This document shows, piece after piece, positions 51,161 through 61,271 of a DNA stretch of 64,000 nucleotides; the stretch's first letter is position 1; the number at the start of each line of letters is the position of its first letter. Where the stretch lies: the NCBI GenBank assembly GCA_963799845.1, contig CAWCYI010000004.1, forward strand, positions 1,952,001 through 2,016,000, read 5' to 3'. The notes below the pieces were generated by a model. That model did no database searches and was not told the DNA's origin. It saw only the letters and a program-made list of their open reading frames with translations. Made by a program: the position numbers and the translations under genes. This DNA is from an uncultured Nitrososphaerota archaeon. Its GTDB lineage: Archaea > Thermoproteota > Nitrososphaeria > Nitrososphaerales > CADDZS01.

Positions 51161-51576
51161 CCTTTCCAGAATCCCAAAGCTATCCCGACGAAAAAGAACA
51201 AACCTTCAATCGGGATTAGGATCGAAAAGTCATTGATGATTGTTTGAAGCCCAGAGATTCCAAAACCGAGTAACTGACTGAAAGCCGTTGGGATTGCCAG
51301 TCCAGTAATCAAAATGATCACCACAATTATCACTCCGAAAATTATCAGAGTGATACCTTTCTTCAAGAGGACACCAAAGAAAAGTCCGATTAGGAACGCG
51401 ACGAGGATGGACGCGGCCCACTCTGGAATTGGAATATGCGGCAGCTTCCCCGCCCAAGACGTGAACCAATTTGTGAGCCACTGAATTGCAGTATTGGAGA
51501 TGATGGAGGAACCCGAACTACTCGTCGATGTGCTGGTGCTGTTCGTCGTAGCCACTAGGAAAATTTGGCCGATCAT
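51157..51576 (-). CDS. FUN14-like membrane protein
   Basis: FLIGLFFGVLLKKG...FFVGIALGFWKG. Confidence 0.55.
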   Translation of the reverse strand: MIGQIFLVATTNSTSTSTSSSGSSIISNTAIQWLTNWFTSWAGKLPHIPIPEWAASILVAFLIGLFFGVLLKKGITLIIFGVIIVVIILITGLAIPTAFSQLLGFGISGLQTIINDFSILIPIEGLFFFVGIALGFWKG

Positions 51577-51992
51577 GAATGGATCACTGGAAGGAAGCGA
51601 GCCATCAGGTCCGCTATCAAAGCAAAATTATTGTTCAACACTAAAATCGATAGTCCATTAACAAAAATCAAAACTCCTAGAGCTGCCTCATCATCAGTCA
51701 GACTGTACGGCGTGAGGGCAACGACCGCCCAAGTGATGAAAGCGACCGCACCGATTTCCAGGGACTTAATTCCAATGAGTGTCAAAGCCAATCCGTACTT
51801 CGGGATCAGCCACTCCAGCAAAGGATTCGCCTCTTTGAAACCTGATTGAGTAAGAGCGAAAGCAGTTGTCAATAGGTCGAGGAGCTGCAAAGCGATGAAA
51901 ATTCCGAGGACCAACGAGAGGCTGATTTGCAACTCTTTCCTCTCGGATCTGGCTGGCTTTCGATGGCGGGAGCTCTGGAATTGCCGTGGCAC
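51573..51992 (-). CDS. DUF5658-like membrane protein
   Basis: LQLLDLLTT...GFKEANPLL...K...NN. Confidence 0.7.
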   Translation of the reverse strand: MPRQFQSSRHRKPARSERKELQISLSLVLGIFIALQLLDLLTTAFALTQSGFKEANPLLEWLIPKYGLALTLIGIKSLEIGAVAFITWAVVALTPYSLTDDEAALGVLIFVNGLSILVLNNNFALIADLMARFLPVIHS

Positions 51993-52013
51993 AATCTAAA
52001 AACTCAAAAATTG

Positions 52014-52025
52014 TGTCGGACAATC
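52014..52025. promoter_or_regulatory. TGTCGGACAATC motif (palindromic TGTC-G-GACA) between divergent genes
   Basis: 37 bp before ATG 52051 and about 30 bp before the minus-strand start at 51992. Confidence 0.55.
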
Positions 52026-52050
52026 CGAAAAAGACTTTTTTCAGTTAAGT

Positions 52051-53145
52051 ATGCCCTACAAGAAGCAGTATCATCTAGCTTCCAGTAAGAGAACAATGGC
52101 GGTCATCACAATCGGTGTAGTCGCGATTGCAATAATTGTAGCCTCGCTTTTCTTTTTCATTGCCCCGAATGGAGACTGTACATTGGCGTTGAGCGCGAAT
52201 CCCAGATCGGGAAATGCGCCACTTGTCGTTACTATCGTACTGACTGAGCAAACGTGTAACGGTGGAAATGAGCTCCCGATTACTTTCAAGCTGAATACCA
52301 ATATGATATTCGACACCTCTCAGAGCGAATTCGTAGCTCAGCCTGGCAATCAATTCATCGAGCAGACTGTAAGTGCGGCCTCGGCCACTTTCCAAGTAAC
52401 ACTTTCGACAGCGCAGACATGGAACCCCGTGGGCATGTCGACTGATAACGGCGGTAGAGTAGCCAACGTTGAAGGCGGAACGATTCAGGTCGGGTCCACA
52501 TCCACATCAAGCACAACATCTGTATCGAGTTCGTCGTCTGCCGCTGTATCATCGTCATCGTCATCGTCATCGGCAGCGTCCAGTCAAACTCAGGGCTTGT
52601 CGATCACTTCACTTAGCCCTAATGGAATTGGCGGAACATCCAGTTTTCCAGTGGGATCTACAGTCTCATTTGGAGTAACAGTTAGCGGCGGGCAACAGCC
52701 TTACTCGTACGCATGGAGCTTCGGTTATGGAGGTACTTCGGCTACGGCCCAGAGCCCAACATTTTCCTATCCATCGCCAGGAACGTTCACAGCTCAGGTG
52801 ATTGTTACAGACGCTACGGGAAAAGCGGTTGCTGCGACTGAGACATTCGACGTAACACCGACAGGCGCGGCCTCGACCGTGAGCCAGCAGCAGATTGTTT
52901 CCTCAACGCAAAGCACACAATCAGTAACAACAATCGTGATGACTGTTTCGAGCAACGTAACGAGCGTCATTAGCTCTAATGGACAACAGCAGACAATCAC
53001 TTATGGCACAACTTACGTAACATCTTCGACCTCGCAGATCTCACAGGGAATCGCAGCGGGTACCGAGTCGTTGATCGCCTTCCTCGTAGTGGTTTTCGCA
53101 GCAGTTATCGGCGCGACGATTCTTTCTAGGCGGAAGAAATTCTAG
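52051..53145 (+). CDS. PKD-domain surface protein with N- and C-terminal TM
   Basis: GGQQPYSYAWSFG...PGTF...VTD; Ser/Thr linkers; TM followed by RRKKF. Confidence 0.85.
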   Translation: MPYKKQYHLASSKRTMAVITIGVVAIAIIVASLFFFIAPNGDCTLALSANPRSGNAPLVVTIVLTEQTCNGGNELPITFKLNTNMIFDTSQSEFVAQPGNQFIEQTVSAASATFQVTLSTAQTWNPVGMSTDNGGRVANVEGGTIQVGSTSTSSTTSVSSSSSAAVSSSSSSSSAASSQTQGLSITSLSPNGIGGTSSFPVGSTVSFGVTVSGGQQPYSYAWSFGYGGTSATAQSPTFSYPSPGTFTAQVIVTDATGKAVAATETFDVTPTGAASTVSQQQIVSSTQSTQSVTTIVMTVSSNVTSVISSNGQQQTITYGTTYVTSSTSQISQGIAAGTESLIAFLVVVFAAVIGATILSRRKKF

Positions 53146-53146
53146 G

Positions 53147-54025
53147 TTGCCCAAGAACTACTTTCTCGAACCTCGCCATAGACGAATGATCATTGTCATA
53201 GTGATCGTGGCAGCGATCCTGATCGGTGGGATCGCGATTGGTAGTTTCCTGATAGTGAACGCGAGCTGGCAATGCGGCCAAGTTCAGCAGGGCAATTTCA
53301 ACGTAGCCTGCACATCCAACCCAACGGGAACTGCGCCGTTCTCTTATGTCTGGAATTTCGGAGATGGATCGGCACTTTCATATTTGCAGAATCCGACTCA
53401 CCAATATTCCTCAGCGGGAACGTACACGATTACCTTACAGATCACTGACGGCAGCGATGCGATCTACAAGAATTCGCAGAGCCTCTGCGTCGCTGATTCA
53501 AACGGGAATTGTCCAACGGTTAGAAGCACGAGCCCTAGTTACTCTGCGACAATCAGCGCGTCCAGCATGAATCCAGTCGTCGGCAGTTTCGTGAATTTCG
53601 ACGCGAACATTCAGGGTGGAGTTTCGCCTTACCTGTACGCCTGGAACATCGCGGGGTCAGCTTCCTCACTTCCAAGCCCGAGTTACCAATTCCAGAATCC
53701 CGGATCTTATCCGGTACAGCTGACTATCGTAGACTCGAAAGGCAATCAGATCAGCAGCAACATCATCTACGTCCTAGTTGGGTCCAGCTCGACCACCTCG
53801 GGACAGAGCTTCCAAGCCAGCACAAGTTCGACAACGAGTTACAACAGCTTCTACCTGACTTCATCAAGCAGCCAGTCCACACAAATCACGACCAGTACGA
53901 CTCAGAGCGTTGCAAGCACCACGAGTACATCTGGCATCAGCAGCGAGGAATTGTTCATAGCTCTATTCGCGGTCGTAATCGGATCTGCCCTCGCCGTGGG
54001 GATAGTGGCGAGCAGAAAACACTAA
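53147..54025 (+). CDS. Two-PKD-domain surface protein with N- and C-terminal TM
   Basis: YVWNFGDGS...NPTHQY...GTYTITL; TM followed by RKH. Confidence 0.88.
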   Translation: MPKNYFLEPRHRRMIIVIVIVAAILIGGIAIGSFLIVNASWQCGQVQQGNFNVACTSNPTGTAPFSYVWNFGDGSALSYLQNPTHQYSSAGTYTITLQITDGSDAIYKNSQSLCVADSNGNCPTVRSTSPSYSATISASSMNPVVGSFVNFDANIQGGVSPYLYAWNIAGSASSLPSPSYQFQNPGSYPVQLTIVDSKGNQISSNIIYVLVGSSSTTSGQSFQASTSSTTSYNSFYLTSSSSQSTQITTSTTQSVASTTSTSGISSEELFIALFAVVIGSALAVGIVASRKH

Positions 54026-54055
54026 GCCGAAATACCGCCAATTTGAGCGCGGATT

Positions 54056-54067
54056 TGTCGTACAAAT
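54056..54067 (+). promoter_or_regulatory. TGTCGTACAAAT motif upstream of the pilin-like gene
   Basis: 43 bp before ATG 54099; intergenic. Confidence 0.6.
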
Positions 54068-54098
54068 TCAGAGATTTGCTTTGTTTTCTGACGGTCAG

Positions 54099-55247
54099 AT
54101 GGAATCAGACCAAAATTTACGCCCAAAAACTAACGTCGCGCAAAAGATCGTAGAAGCCCGCAACAGCGGCAGAGGCCAGAAAGCGGTTACGCCGATAGTA
54201 GCGGCGGTCATCGCTATCGTGATCACCCTGTTGATTGTTGGAGCTGTCGTCTACGTCGCTTACGTGATGCCAAGTTCAGCCAACCTCGTCTCAACCAGCA
54301 CATCATCATCCAGCAGCACAACTTCGTACACTTCTGCGTGTACCAGCGGGACACCTTACTACTGCGGAACACTAAGCTTTACCGCAAGTGGTCAGGATCA
54401 CTTCTCGTCCACGACAGCATACACCACGGCGAGTAACATCGCAGTAACCCTGTTCACGAATCCAACTGGAAACGCTTTCCAAAGCTTAGGGTCGGTCCCT
54501 AGCGGCGGAACGCTTTCAGCGAACCTCGCACCCAACGCCAACGGAATCATCTACGCAGAAGTTGGTCCACAGTCAGGACAAAGCTTGTACGTAGATACAG
54601 CCCTCACGATGGCGCGGAACACGCCTTACATACAGGGATGGACTTACCAGCCAGTCGACAACACGAACACGAACCACTTTGTGTTCAAGCTGAATACCGC
54701 TGGAATCCCGGTAGCGTCAGGAATCACGCCGACCTTCACCTTCTACCCATACTTCATTGCATACAGCGCAGTAACGCTCTCCACACCCACGAACATCACA
54801 GATGTTGGAACCTCGTCAGTGAACGAATTTGTCCAATGGACAACTAGCCTGGCGACCGTGAACACTGGTGCAGAGATCACAGAGGCGATCCTTACAGTCA
54901 ATAACACCAACCCCGCAGTTGCACAGCCACTCTACTTGAATAACCCGACAGTTGGGGCAACAGGAACGATCCCACTCTCGGCGATGACAAGTACTCTACT
55001 GAGCAGCAGCTACCAGTACAGCTACTACTTCACGACAAGCAAGACCACGACTGACCTGAGCTCAGGCGCGTTTGTAACTTACGGACAAAACGCTCTAAAC
55101 TCAGCAGCATGGACATTCGCATACACTAACAACTTTGGGGCATGTACAGTTGCCTGCGGCGGAGTCGCCATAACTTTGCAGCTCTACGTGCTGCAACCAG
55201 CGGGAACACCCGTTGTAGTGCAAACTCAATGGACCGCGAGCAAGTAA
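54099..55247 (+). CDS. Secreted protein with class III (pilin/archaellin-type) signal peptide
   Basis: RGQKA|VTPIVAAVIAIVITLLIVGAVVYV; beta-rich Thr/Ser body; no C-terminal anchor. Confidence 0.75.
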   Translation: MESDQNLRPKTNVAQKIVEARNSGRGQKAVTPIVAAVIAIVITLLIVGAVVYVAYVMPSSANLVSTSTSSSSSTTSYTSACTSGTPYYCGTLSFTASGQDHFSSTTAYTTASNIAVTLFTNPTGNAFQSLGSVPSGGTLSANLAPNANGIIYAEVGPQSGQSLYVDTALTMARNTPYIQGWTYQPVDNTNTNHFVFKLNTAGIPVASGITPTFTFYPYFIAYSAVTLSTPTNITDVGTSSVNEFVQWTTSLATVNTGAEITEAILTVNNTNPAVAQPLYLNNPTVGATGTIPLSAMTSTLLSSSYQYSYYFTTSKTTTDLSSGAFVTYGQNALNSAAWTFAYTNNFGACTVACGGVAITLQLYVLQPAGTPVVVQTQWTASK

Positions 55248-55320
55248 AATCTTGTGAGGATTACAGGGCGTAACAAATCAATCCCACTAACGAAATAATC
55301 TGCGCCCACAGCGCAGACCC

Positions 55321-55342
55321 CCTTCTTTTTTCTTTTTATTTT
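55321..55342 (+). terminator. Archaeal oligo-T terminator
   Basis: CCTTCTTTTTTCTTTTTATTTT downstream of the pilin-like gene. Confidence 0.55.
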
Positions 55343-55355
55343 GAGCTGAAATTCT

Positions 55356-55592
55356 TTGCAGAGATCTCGGACCAAAATCTTCGCGCAAGATCGCGAGGAT
55401 AGTACCGGCGGCCTCATTACTTGGATGCTCGTTTCTGCCGTTGTCGATATTCTGCTGATTCTGCTTTCGCTTGCAGAGGGAACCGAGGACACCGCCTTTG
55501 CGTTCCTGATAATGGGACTGATCGCTTTCGTTCCTCTAATGCTGCTACGTTTTGAAGCTGAAGAAACCGATCAGCGAGCCAGTCTATTTTGA
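55356..55592 (+). CDS. Small two-TM protein
   Basis: Two hydrophobic segments; coupled to the protease gene. Confidence 0.5.
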   Translation: MQRSRTKIFAQDREDSTGGLITWMLVSAVVDILLILLSLAEGTEDTAFAFLIMGLIAFVPLMLLRFEAEETDQRASLF

Positions 55593-56503
55593 GAAACGAG
55601 CTTTCTTGGTGGGATCTGCTTATCGGATTTCTGACGGGCGAGCTCGTCTTGGCGGCGAACATTATCGCCGTTTCTTACGATCTGCTGAGTGGAAAATTCG
55701 ATCTAGTACCGTCGAATGTTCTGCCATCGGTCGCGTACAATTCCATTCTTTACGTGCCGCAGTTTTTCACGATCCCCTCGGCGTTCTTTAACGTGATAAT
55801 TAATTCCGTGAGCCAGTACGTTTTCACGGCTTGGGGAGAGGAACTGATGAAAGCAGCCGCGATCTACGGACTGTATCGCCTGACGAAGAACGGCCCAGTC
55901 TCAGTTGCAGTGGCGATTGGTGTCTGGGCGGGAGCTCACACAATTCTTGCGGGTTTCAGTCTTTTCGAGGTCATGCTGGCCGCCTTCTCGGGAGTCGCTT
56001 TCTTTTTCGCGTGGGCCCTGACTGGAAATCTGATCACCGCGATTCTGGCGCATGGAACATACAACGCCTCGATCACGATCCTCTCGGCAGCTCTCGTTCC
56101 TAGTGCAAGTGGGTTCATCGTACCTTTGCTCGCGTACAACGTGATTACGGGTGCAGCGATCTATTTCGTCGTGTGGAAGCTATCAGGCATGTCGTACATC
56201 CGCAGTTTTGGGTTTTTAGGATATGGCCAGCAGGGCAGCGGTAGCGGCGGCACTACTCATCAGCGTCATAATTTTAGTGTCAGTTTTCATCGTGATCATT
56301 CCGTCGATTCAATCAGGAACCTTTTCGATAGGATTGCCAAAAGGGGCAAGTCTAATCGGACAAGCTCCGATCTCAGTAACGGGAATCAGTCTCTCACAGG
56401 GCGGGTCGATCCAAAATCAGTACCTCATCAACACGTATTGGGACGTGGCTCTATCCGTACGTGGTTTAACAAGCACAGCCTTTCTCAAGTTTGGTCCTGG
56501 TAA
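55589..56503 (+). CDS. CPBP/PrsW-type intramembrane glutamic protease (C-terminal tail overlapping the next gene may be artefactual)
   Basis: EELMK, WAGAH, AILAHGTYN motifs in a multi-TM protein. Confidence 0.8.
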   Translation: MRNELSWWDLLIGFLTGELVLAANIIAVSYDLLSGKFDLVPSNVLPSVAYNSILYVPQFFTIPSAFFNVIINSVSQYVFTAWGEELMKAAAIYGLYRLTKNGPVSVAVAIGVWAGAHTILAGFSLFEVMLAAFSGVAFFFAWALTGNLITAILAHGTYNASITILSAALVPSASGFIVPLLAYNVITGAAIYFVVWKLSGMSYIRSFGFLGYGQQGSGSGGTTHQRHNFSVSFHRDHSVDSIRNLFDRIAKRGKSNRTSSDLSNGNQSLTGRVDPKSVPHQHVLGRGSIRTWFNKHSLSQVWSW

Positions 56504-58452
56504 CGCCAGCGCATCGGTCAGCCTCGGGAACGGCGGCACGGCTACTCCCCAATCGCAGATCTATGTTAGGATAGATCCTGGAACGCCGTACGCCCAAGTT
56601 GCCCTAAGGCCGATCAATATCGAGTGGTCGCCAGCTTCCTCGGGATGGGGAGATCCGAGCAAAGGCGTGTTCTGCGGTGTAGTTCTCCAATTCACAGGTT
56701 GCTTCCAGTACACATATCACTCCAATCCAGCACAGACGACTACCTTCTACGTTCCAGCGCAACAGTACCTGGACGTTCCACTATCCAATGACGATCACCG
56801 TTCAGAAAGTTGGTGGAACCAATCCCTTCACAGAGAGCCAGAAAATTGACGCTGTAAGCCAGAACAGTGTTACAATCGGTGCGCCCAATGATCCCGATGA
56901 GAATGTAACGATTAATCAGCTCGGATTTAATGCGGGTGCTTTGAGTCAGGTACCCGTCGGCACTCCAATCTTCTTCAATGGCGGTTCAGTTTGCGGTACG
57001 GCCAATCTCTGCGGCTTTGCTGGCGATGCACAATCCCAGATCCAGAATTACGCGCAGTATTGGTACGGCAGCGAGACAACATGGCCTTCTCTCGGTTACA
57101 ACATCTGCAACTGCTCGACCCCAGGACAGAATTTAGGCAACACGCAAGATAATCCAGTTCAAGCGTACTACCCCGGCCATCCAGGCTGGAAACAAATCGA
57201 GACTTACAACAACGGACAGACCCAGTACACGTACCAACCCATTGCCCCAAGTCTTACCACAAATACGCCAGGCTTGACCAGCAATCTGATCTACAACGGC
57301 TACACGAGCAGCGGTGGAATTGGACAGGGAGACAGCGAGAAGAATTCCACTCAAGCGGGCCTCTCATTTCTGAACTGGATGTACGCCCAAGCTCCGAAAG
57401 TTATCGGCGGCGCGGTCGACCCTTCACTAACGGCGTACTCAAATCCTTACGGGAATTCAAATCCGTGGTCAGTCTCGACGCAGCAGCTTACCATAGATCT
57501 TTCTGGATCGGGTTCGCTTCTTTCCAGCGTGATCATTCCCCAGACGCAGCTTTTGGTTAGCACGAGTCTTGCAGACACAGTGGTAAATCAGGTGAATTCC
57601 GCACCGTTCACCATCACTCAGATCGCTGCAACATCAAGCACACTCGGCGGCGGTCAGATTACAAACCTCGGGGTTACGGTCCAGAACACGGGCAGCTATC
57701 CTGGAAGCGCGACCCTATCATTTTCGCAAAGCGGTGATTTGATTAGCCTCTCGCCACCAGCCGCGACCTTCACATTGAATAATGGCGCGAGTCAAACTTT
57801 CAACTTTGCAGCAACGGGACTGTACACCACAACGCCAACTTCCGACCAACTGACTTTCTTCGTGATGAATTCCGCAGGATTGGTTACGGATTCCAAAACT
57901 TTTACGTTCACCGTCCAACCGCCACCCCAAGCTGGATCCACTGAGTTTAAGATCACAAATGTTTCGCTTCCTAAATCCGTGGCCGTTGGGGCGCAAGTGT
58001 CAATGACGGTCGACATTCAATCAATCGGCATAGCTGGAACCGCGTTCATCACTGCCACATCAGCCTCGAATCAGATCGCCAGCGTGAACCCGACCCACAT
58101 CAATCAAACAATGGGATCTGGAAACACGGTACCTGTTGGATTTACTGTCGTCGGAGTTGCGCTGCCCACGGGAGTTACACAACAGAGTGTTACCATCGAC
58201 GTTCAGGTTTCAAATGGATCCGCGATCTCGGAATCAATGGTGTCCATTCTCGTAACTTCAACGGGCGGAGTTCCGTGCATAATCAACTGCAACAACAATA
58301 ATTCTAGCGGCATATCTCTGACCGAAATCATCGCGATCATACTTGTGGTAGTAGCTGCGGGCGCGGGAATCGTCGCAGTAGTGAAACGGAAGAAAGGGCC
58401 GTTCAAAAATCCGATAAAAAGAAGAAAATCGCCCTTCAAGAGAAAACGCTGA
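56223..58452 (+). CDS. Large surface/envelope protein (~740 aa) with Ig/CARDB-like domains; frameshift at about 56768
   Basis: N-terminal TM in 56223-56849; WTFHYP|MTITVQK continues in 56788-58452; VTVQNTG; C-terminal TM and highly basic tail. Confidence 0.75.
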
Positions 58453-58453
58453 C

Positions 58454-58945
58454 TTGCACCGCCGAGCCCGCTTCTTCGTTGCGACCCTAGTTACTTTGGT
58501 ACTGCTAACTCTCGTCGCGGTCTTGCTGCCGATTTCAAAAGCTCAGGCGGCGCAAGAGTACTCGCAGCTCCAGACCCAACTCGCCAATCCCACCCTTCTC
58601 TCGATCTTCATCAACAACTTTGGGATCGCAATCATCGGGTTCTTGCCTTTCGTCGGGGCGATCTACGAAGGGTTCGTGCTGTTCAATACGGGCCTCGCGG
58701 TCGCAGCCATCGGAACGACGAAAGGAGTTCCGGCCACGTATCTTCTAGCTGTCTCAATGACCACGCCTTTCTTCTGGATGGAGTACGTCTCTTACAGCAT
58801 CGCGATCAGCGCGGCAGCTTTCCTGATTGTGTCGATTCAGCAACGCCGCTTCCGAATGGAATTCAAATACTTCCTCTTGCAGATCGCCCTCGTCGCGGGG
58901 CTGCTCTTGGCGGCTGTCTTCATCGAAATAGCCTATGTGGCCTGA
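58454..58945 (+). CDS. SpoIIM-like membrane protein
   Basis: IFINN...PF.G...NTG...P...E...Y.IA...LL.A..IE. Confidence 0.75.
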   Translation: MHRRARFFVATLVTLVLLTLVAVLLPISKAQAAQEYSQLQTQLANPTLLSIFINNFGIAIIGFLPFVGAIYEGFVLFNTGLAVAAIGTTKGVPATYLLAVSMTTPFFWMEYVSYSIAISAAAFLIVSIQQRRFRMEFKYFLLQIALVAGLLLAAVFIEIAYVA

Positions 58946-58964
58946 GAAATCGCCTTTTTGGAAT

Positions 58965-59105
58965 ATGGGATACATCAGAGACAGGCTGGATGCAATCGAC
59001 AAGAAACATGCCCACCGTTTCACCAGGAAGAACGCTGTCATCATAACATCGATCCTGATAGCAGTAGTAGTGGTTCTGGAAATCATCGTCGTACAGATCC
59101 ACTAA
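58965..59105 (+). CDS. 46-aa single-TM microprotein (not in ORF track)
   Basis: MGYIRDRLDAIDKKHAHRFTRKNAVIITSILIAVVVVLEIIVVQIH. Confidence 0.45.
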   Translation: MGYIRDRLDAIDKKHAHRFTRKNAVIITSILIAVVVVLEIIVVQIH

Positions 59106-59121
59106 ATCTTCTTTTTCTTGC

Positions 59122-60559
59122 ATGAACGCCTCGAAAGTTCTGGCGATTCTCTTTGTGGTCCTTATCGCCAGCGGATTCCTAGTCTACTTTTTCACGCCGA
59201 TCTCATCTGCGGCTACGAATATTTGGTGCTTCCCGCAGAATCCATTAGCGAGTTGCAGTACAAGCTCTTCCTCGGGAACGACTACCATCTCGACTAGTAC
59301 GCAGCAAACTACCCAAACTGGAACGACCGTTTCCAGTTCAAACAATGCCATTAGTTTGAGTGTTGGGAACAGGAATCCCCAGATCTCAATCGGCGGCAGC
59401 AGCAACGATCCCTTCACAGTTACGACTAGAATACCGTTGAACATCACGGCCATCGCGCCCTCGGGATTTGTGGTTACTCCTAGTCCAAAGGCGATCTCTA
59501 CAAGTTCGCCAACAACGGTTGGCTCGGTTTCGATCTATGTGCCTAACTCGATCACGTATGGGAATTATGTAGTAACTTTAGAGGCGGTTTCAGGTCCGAT
59601 CACAATCGTTACTCAGACGATCACGGTTACAGCTACAACGCCAACTCCTATCGAGACGCAGTATTACTACGGGGTCGTTTCGCAGTTCAGTTTGAACATC
59701 ACCAGGGCTTTCGTCGGCGAGGATGGAAAGCTGACAGGAAGCGTGAGATTGGATGAGCTATTCGGCGCGGGCGGCGGTGGCGGCAGCGTAACCACGAATT
59801 CCAATGGACAGGTTTCAAACAGCGGAATTTATCCTGCAATTCCCACGGTCGGTTTTACAAAGTACTGGGTTACAATTACCTCGACGGCTGCACCAACAGC
59901 ACCTAGTACGTCGTACTTTCTCGCGAGCTTTGAAGTGTTCGGTACCCTCAACAATCCGAATGAGATCGCGAATACTGCTGGCTCGACAGTCTACACCGCG
60001 AATGGGTGGGGAATCTATCTCTACTCTCAGCAAATTCCTCTCTCGGGTGGGAGCTTTTCCGTGCAGTTCAATAACACTGCTCTAATTGATGGAGAGTTCA
60101 ACGCACAGGCCGATTTGCTTGGTCAAGCACAGATACCAGGAAATATGGCAAACATACTGACAGCGTATCGGGATCCCAGTGAGTGAAGGTCAGGGCTATG
60201 CGGGGGTCATCAGTACCGTTCAGATCAACGACTATCGCAACGTGCTGGACAATATCGAGACAGTGAACGATATTTTGCAAATTCCTTCGACACCAAATCC
60301 GCTTAATCCCGCCTTGTCCACTTCGACCACTAGCACGGTAACAAGCGTCTGTCTCGGGGACAGGCCCCAAGTCTGCTCGCTTTCGCTGCTGCAAAATGGA
60401 TTCGCGTTGAATCTCGCGGGAAGTGCCTCGGGCGGCCCTGGCATAACTTCGTTCTGGACCGTTGCGACAGGAACTCTGTGGCTTGTTGGGGGAGCTGGGA
60501 TGATCGGCGTTCTGGTCTACTCGCTGCGCGGACGCAAACAAGGAAAATGGCACTATTGA
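59122..60559 (+). CDS. Surface protein(s): 59122-60186 plus 60179-60559, possibly one frameshifted gene with N- and C-terminal TM
   Basis: N-terminal TM in the first ORF; C-terminal TM and RGRK in the second; 8-bp overlap. Confidence 0.7.
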
Positions 60560-60781
60560 TTTTGGCACGGCAACTCTAGCGGACTGGTGACAAACCAGCT
60601 ACAATCTTGCAATACTACACGAAGTTGAGACCGCCTTTGATAAGACAAGAGGTGAACGGGAGCTCCTATAAAATAGTGTAAATAAAAAACAATGAGAGAT
60701 GCTAAGTGTGTAGATAGGGAGCGGGAATGGTAAGTAAGTTGTCCATAAGGGAGAAAATTACGCGCGGGACGGCGCGACAAA

Positions 60782-61108
60782 TTACTTCTGGATTGTTTCC
60801 GCGTCTTGAGGCGTGGCGTAGGCTTCTTTCTGAGTCAAAGTTTGTTCCTTTGGCTGAGGTTTGGCTTTCGTTTTCAGGATTGCGAGAGCATAGATTAGAG
60901 AGGCAATTCCTATGACGATGAATGCTAGTCCTAAGATTTGTATAATAGGGCTGGTCGAGTAGATTTCTGTTTCGTATGCGTGGTTGCCTATTTGGTATTG
61001 GTCGGTGCCCGCTGGGAATTGTGCGCCAGTTAATAGAATAAAGAATCCGCCAGCCGCTGCGACAACTCCGAATATCACGAAGGCGTAGCGTAGCGTTGTC
61101 GCTTTCAT
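60782..61108 (-). CDS. Two-TM membrane protein
   Basis: Two hydrophobic segments; TATA-like TTTATA about 25 bp upstream. Confidence 0.65.
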   Translation of the reverse strand: MKATTLRYAFVIFGVVAAAGGFFILLTGAQFPAGTDQYQIGNHAYETEIYSTSPIIQILGLAFIVIGIASLIYALAILKTKAKPQPKEQTLTQKEAYATPQDAETIQK

Positions 61109-61271
61109 TAGTGAACGACTTGCGAATTTAGTATAAAGTAACTATGGATTTGTGGTTCAGATTGCGTAAGGAGTTTGTGATTGTGATGAAATACCTTTTG
61201 CGTGTGCATTAACGAAATATTGTTCTCGCAATTTACTAAACAGTGATATATCGAAACAACTGTTCAATAAC

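Larger units (their letters stand above)
21274..60559. mobile_element. Putative integrated provirus or integrative element, partly decayed; boundaries approximate
   Basis: Integrase followed by a co-oriented run of overlapping small ORFs, MTases, TFB and surface/structural genes; no att pair identified. Confidence 0.6.

Noticed and set aside
52500-52580. TCG/TCA microsatellite as a contingency locus
   Set aside because: Mixed codons encoding a poly-Ser linker in a surface protein
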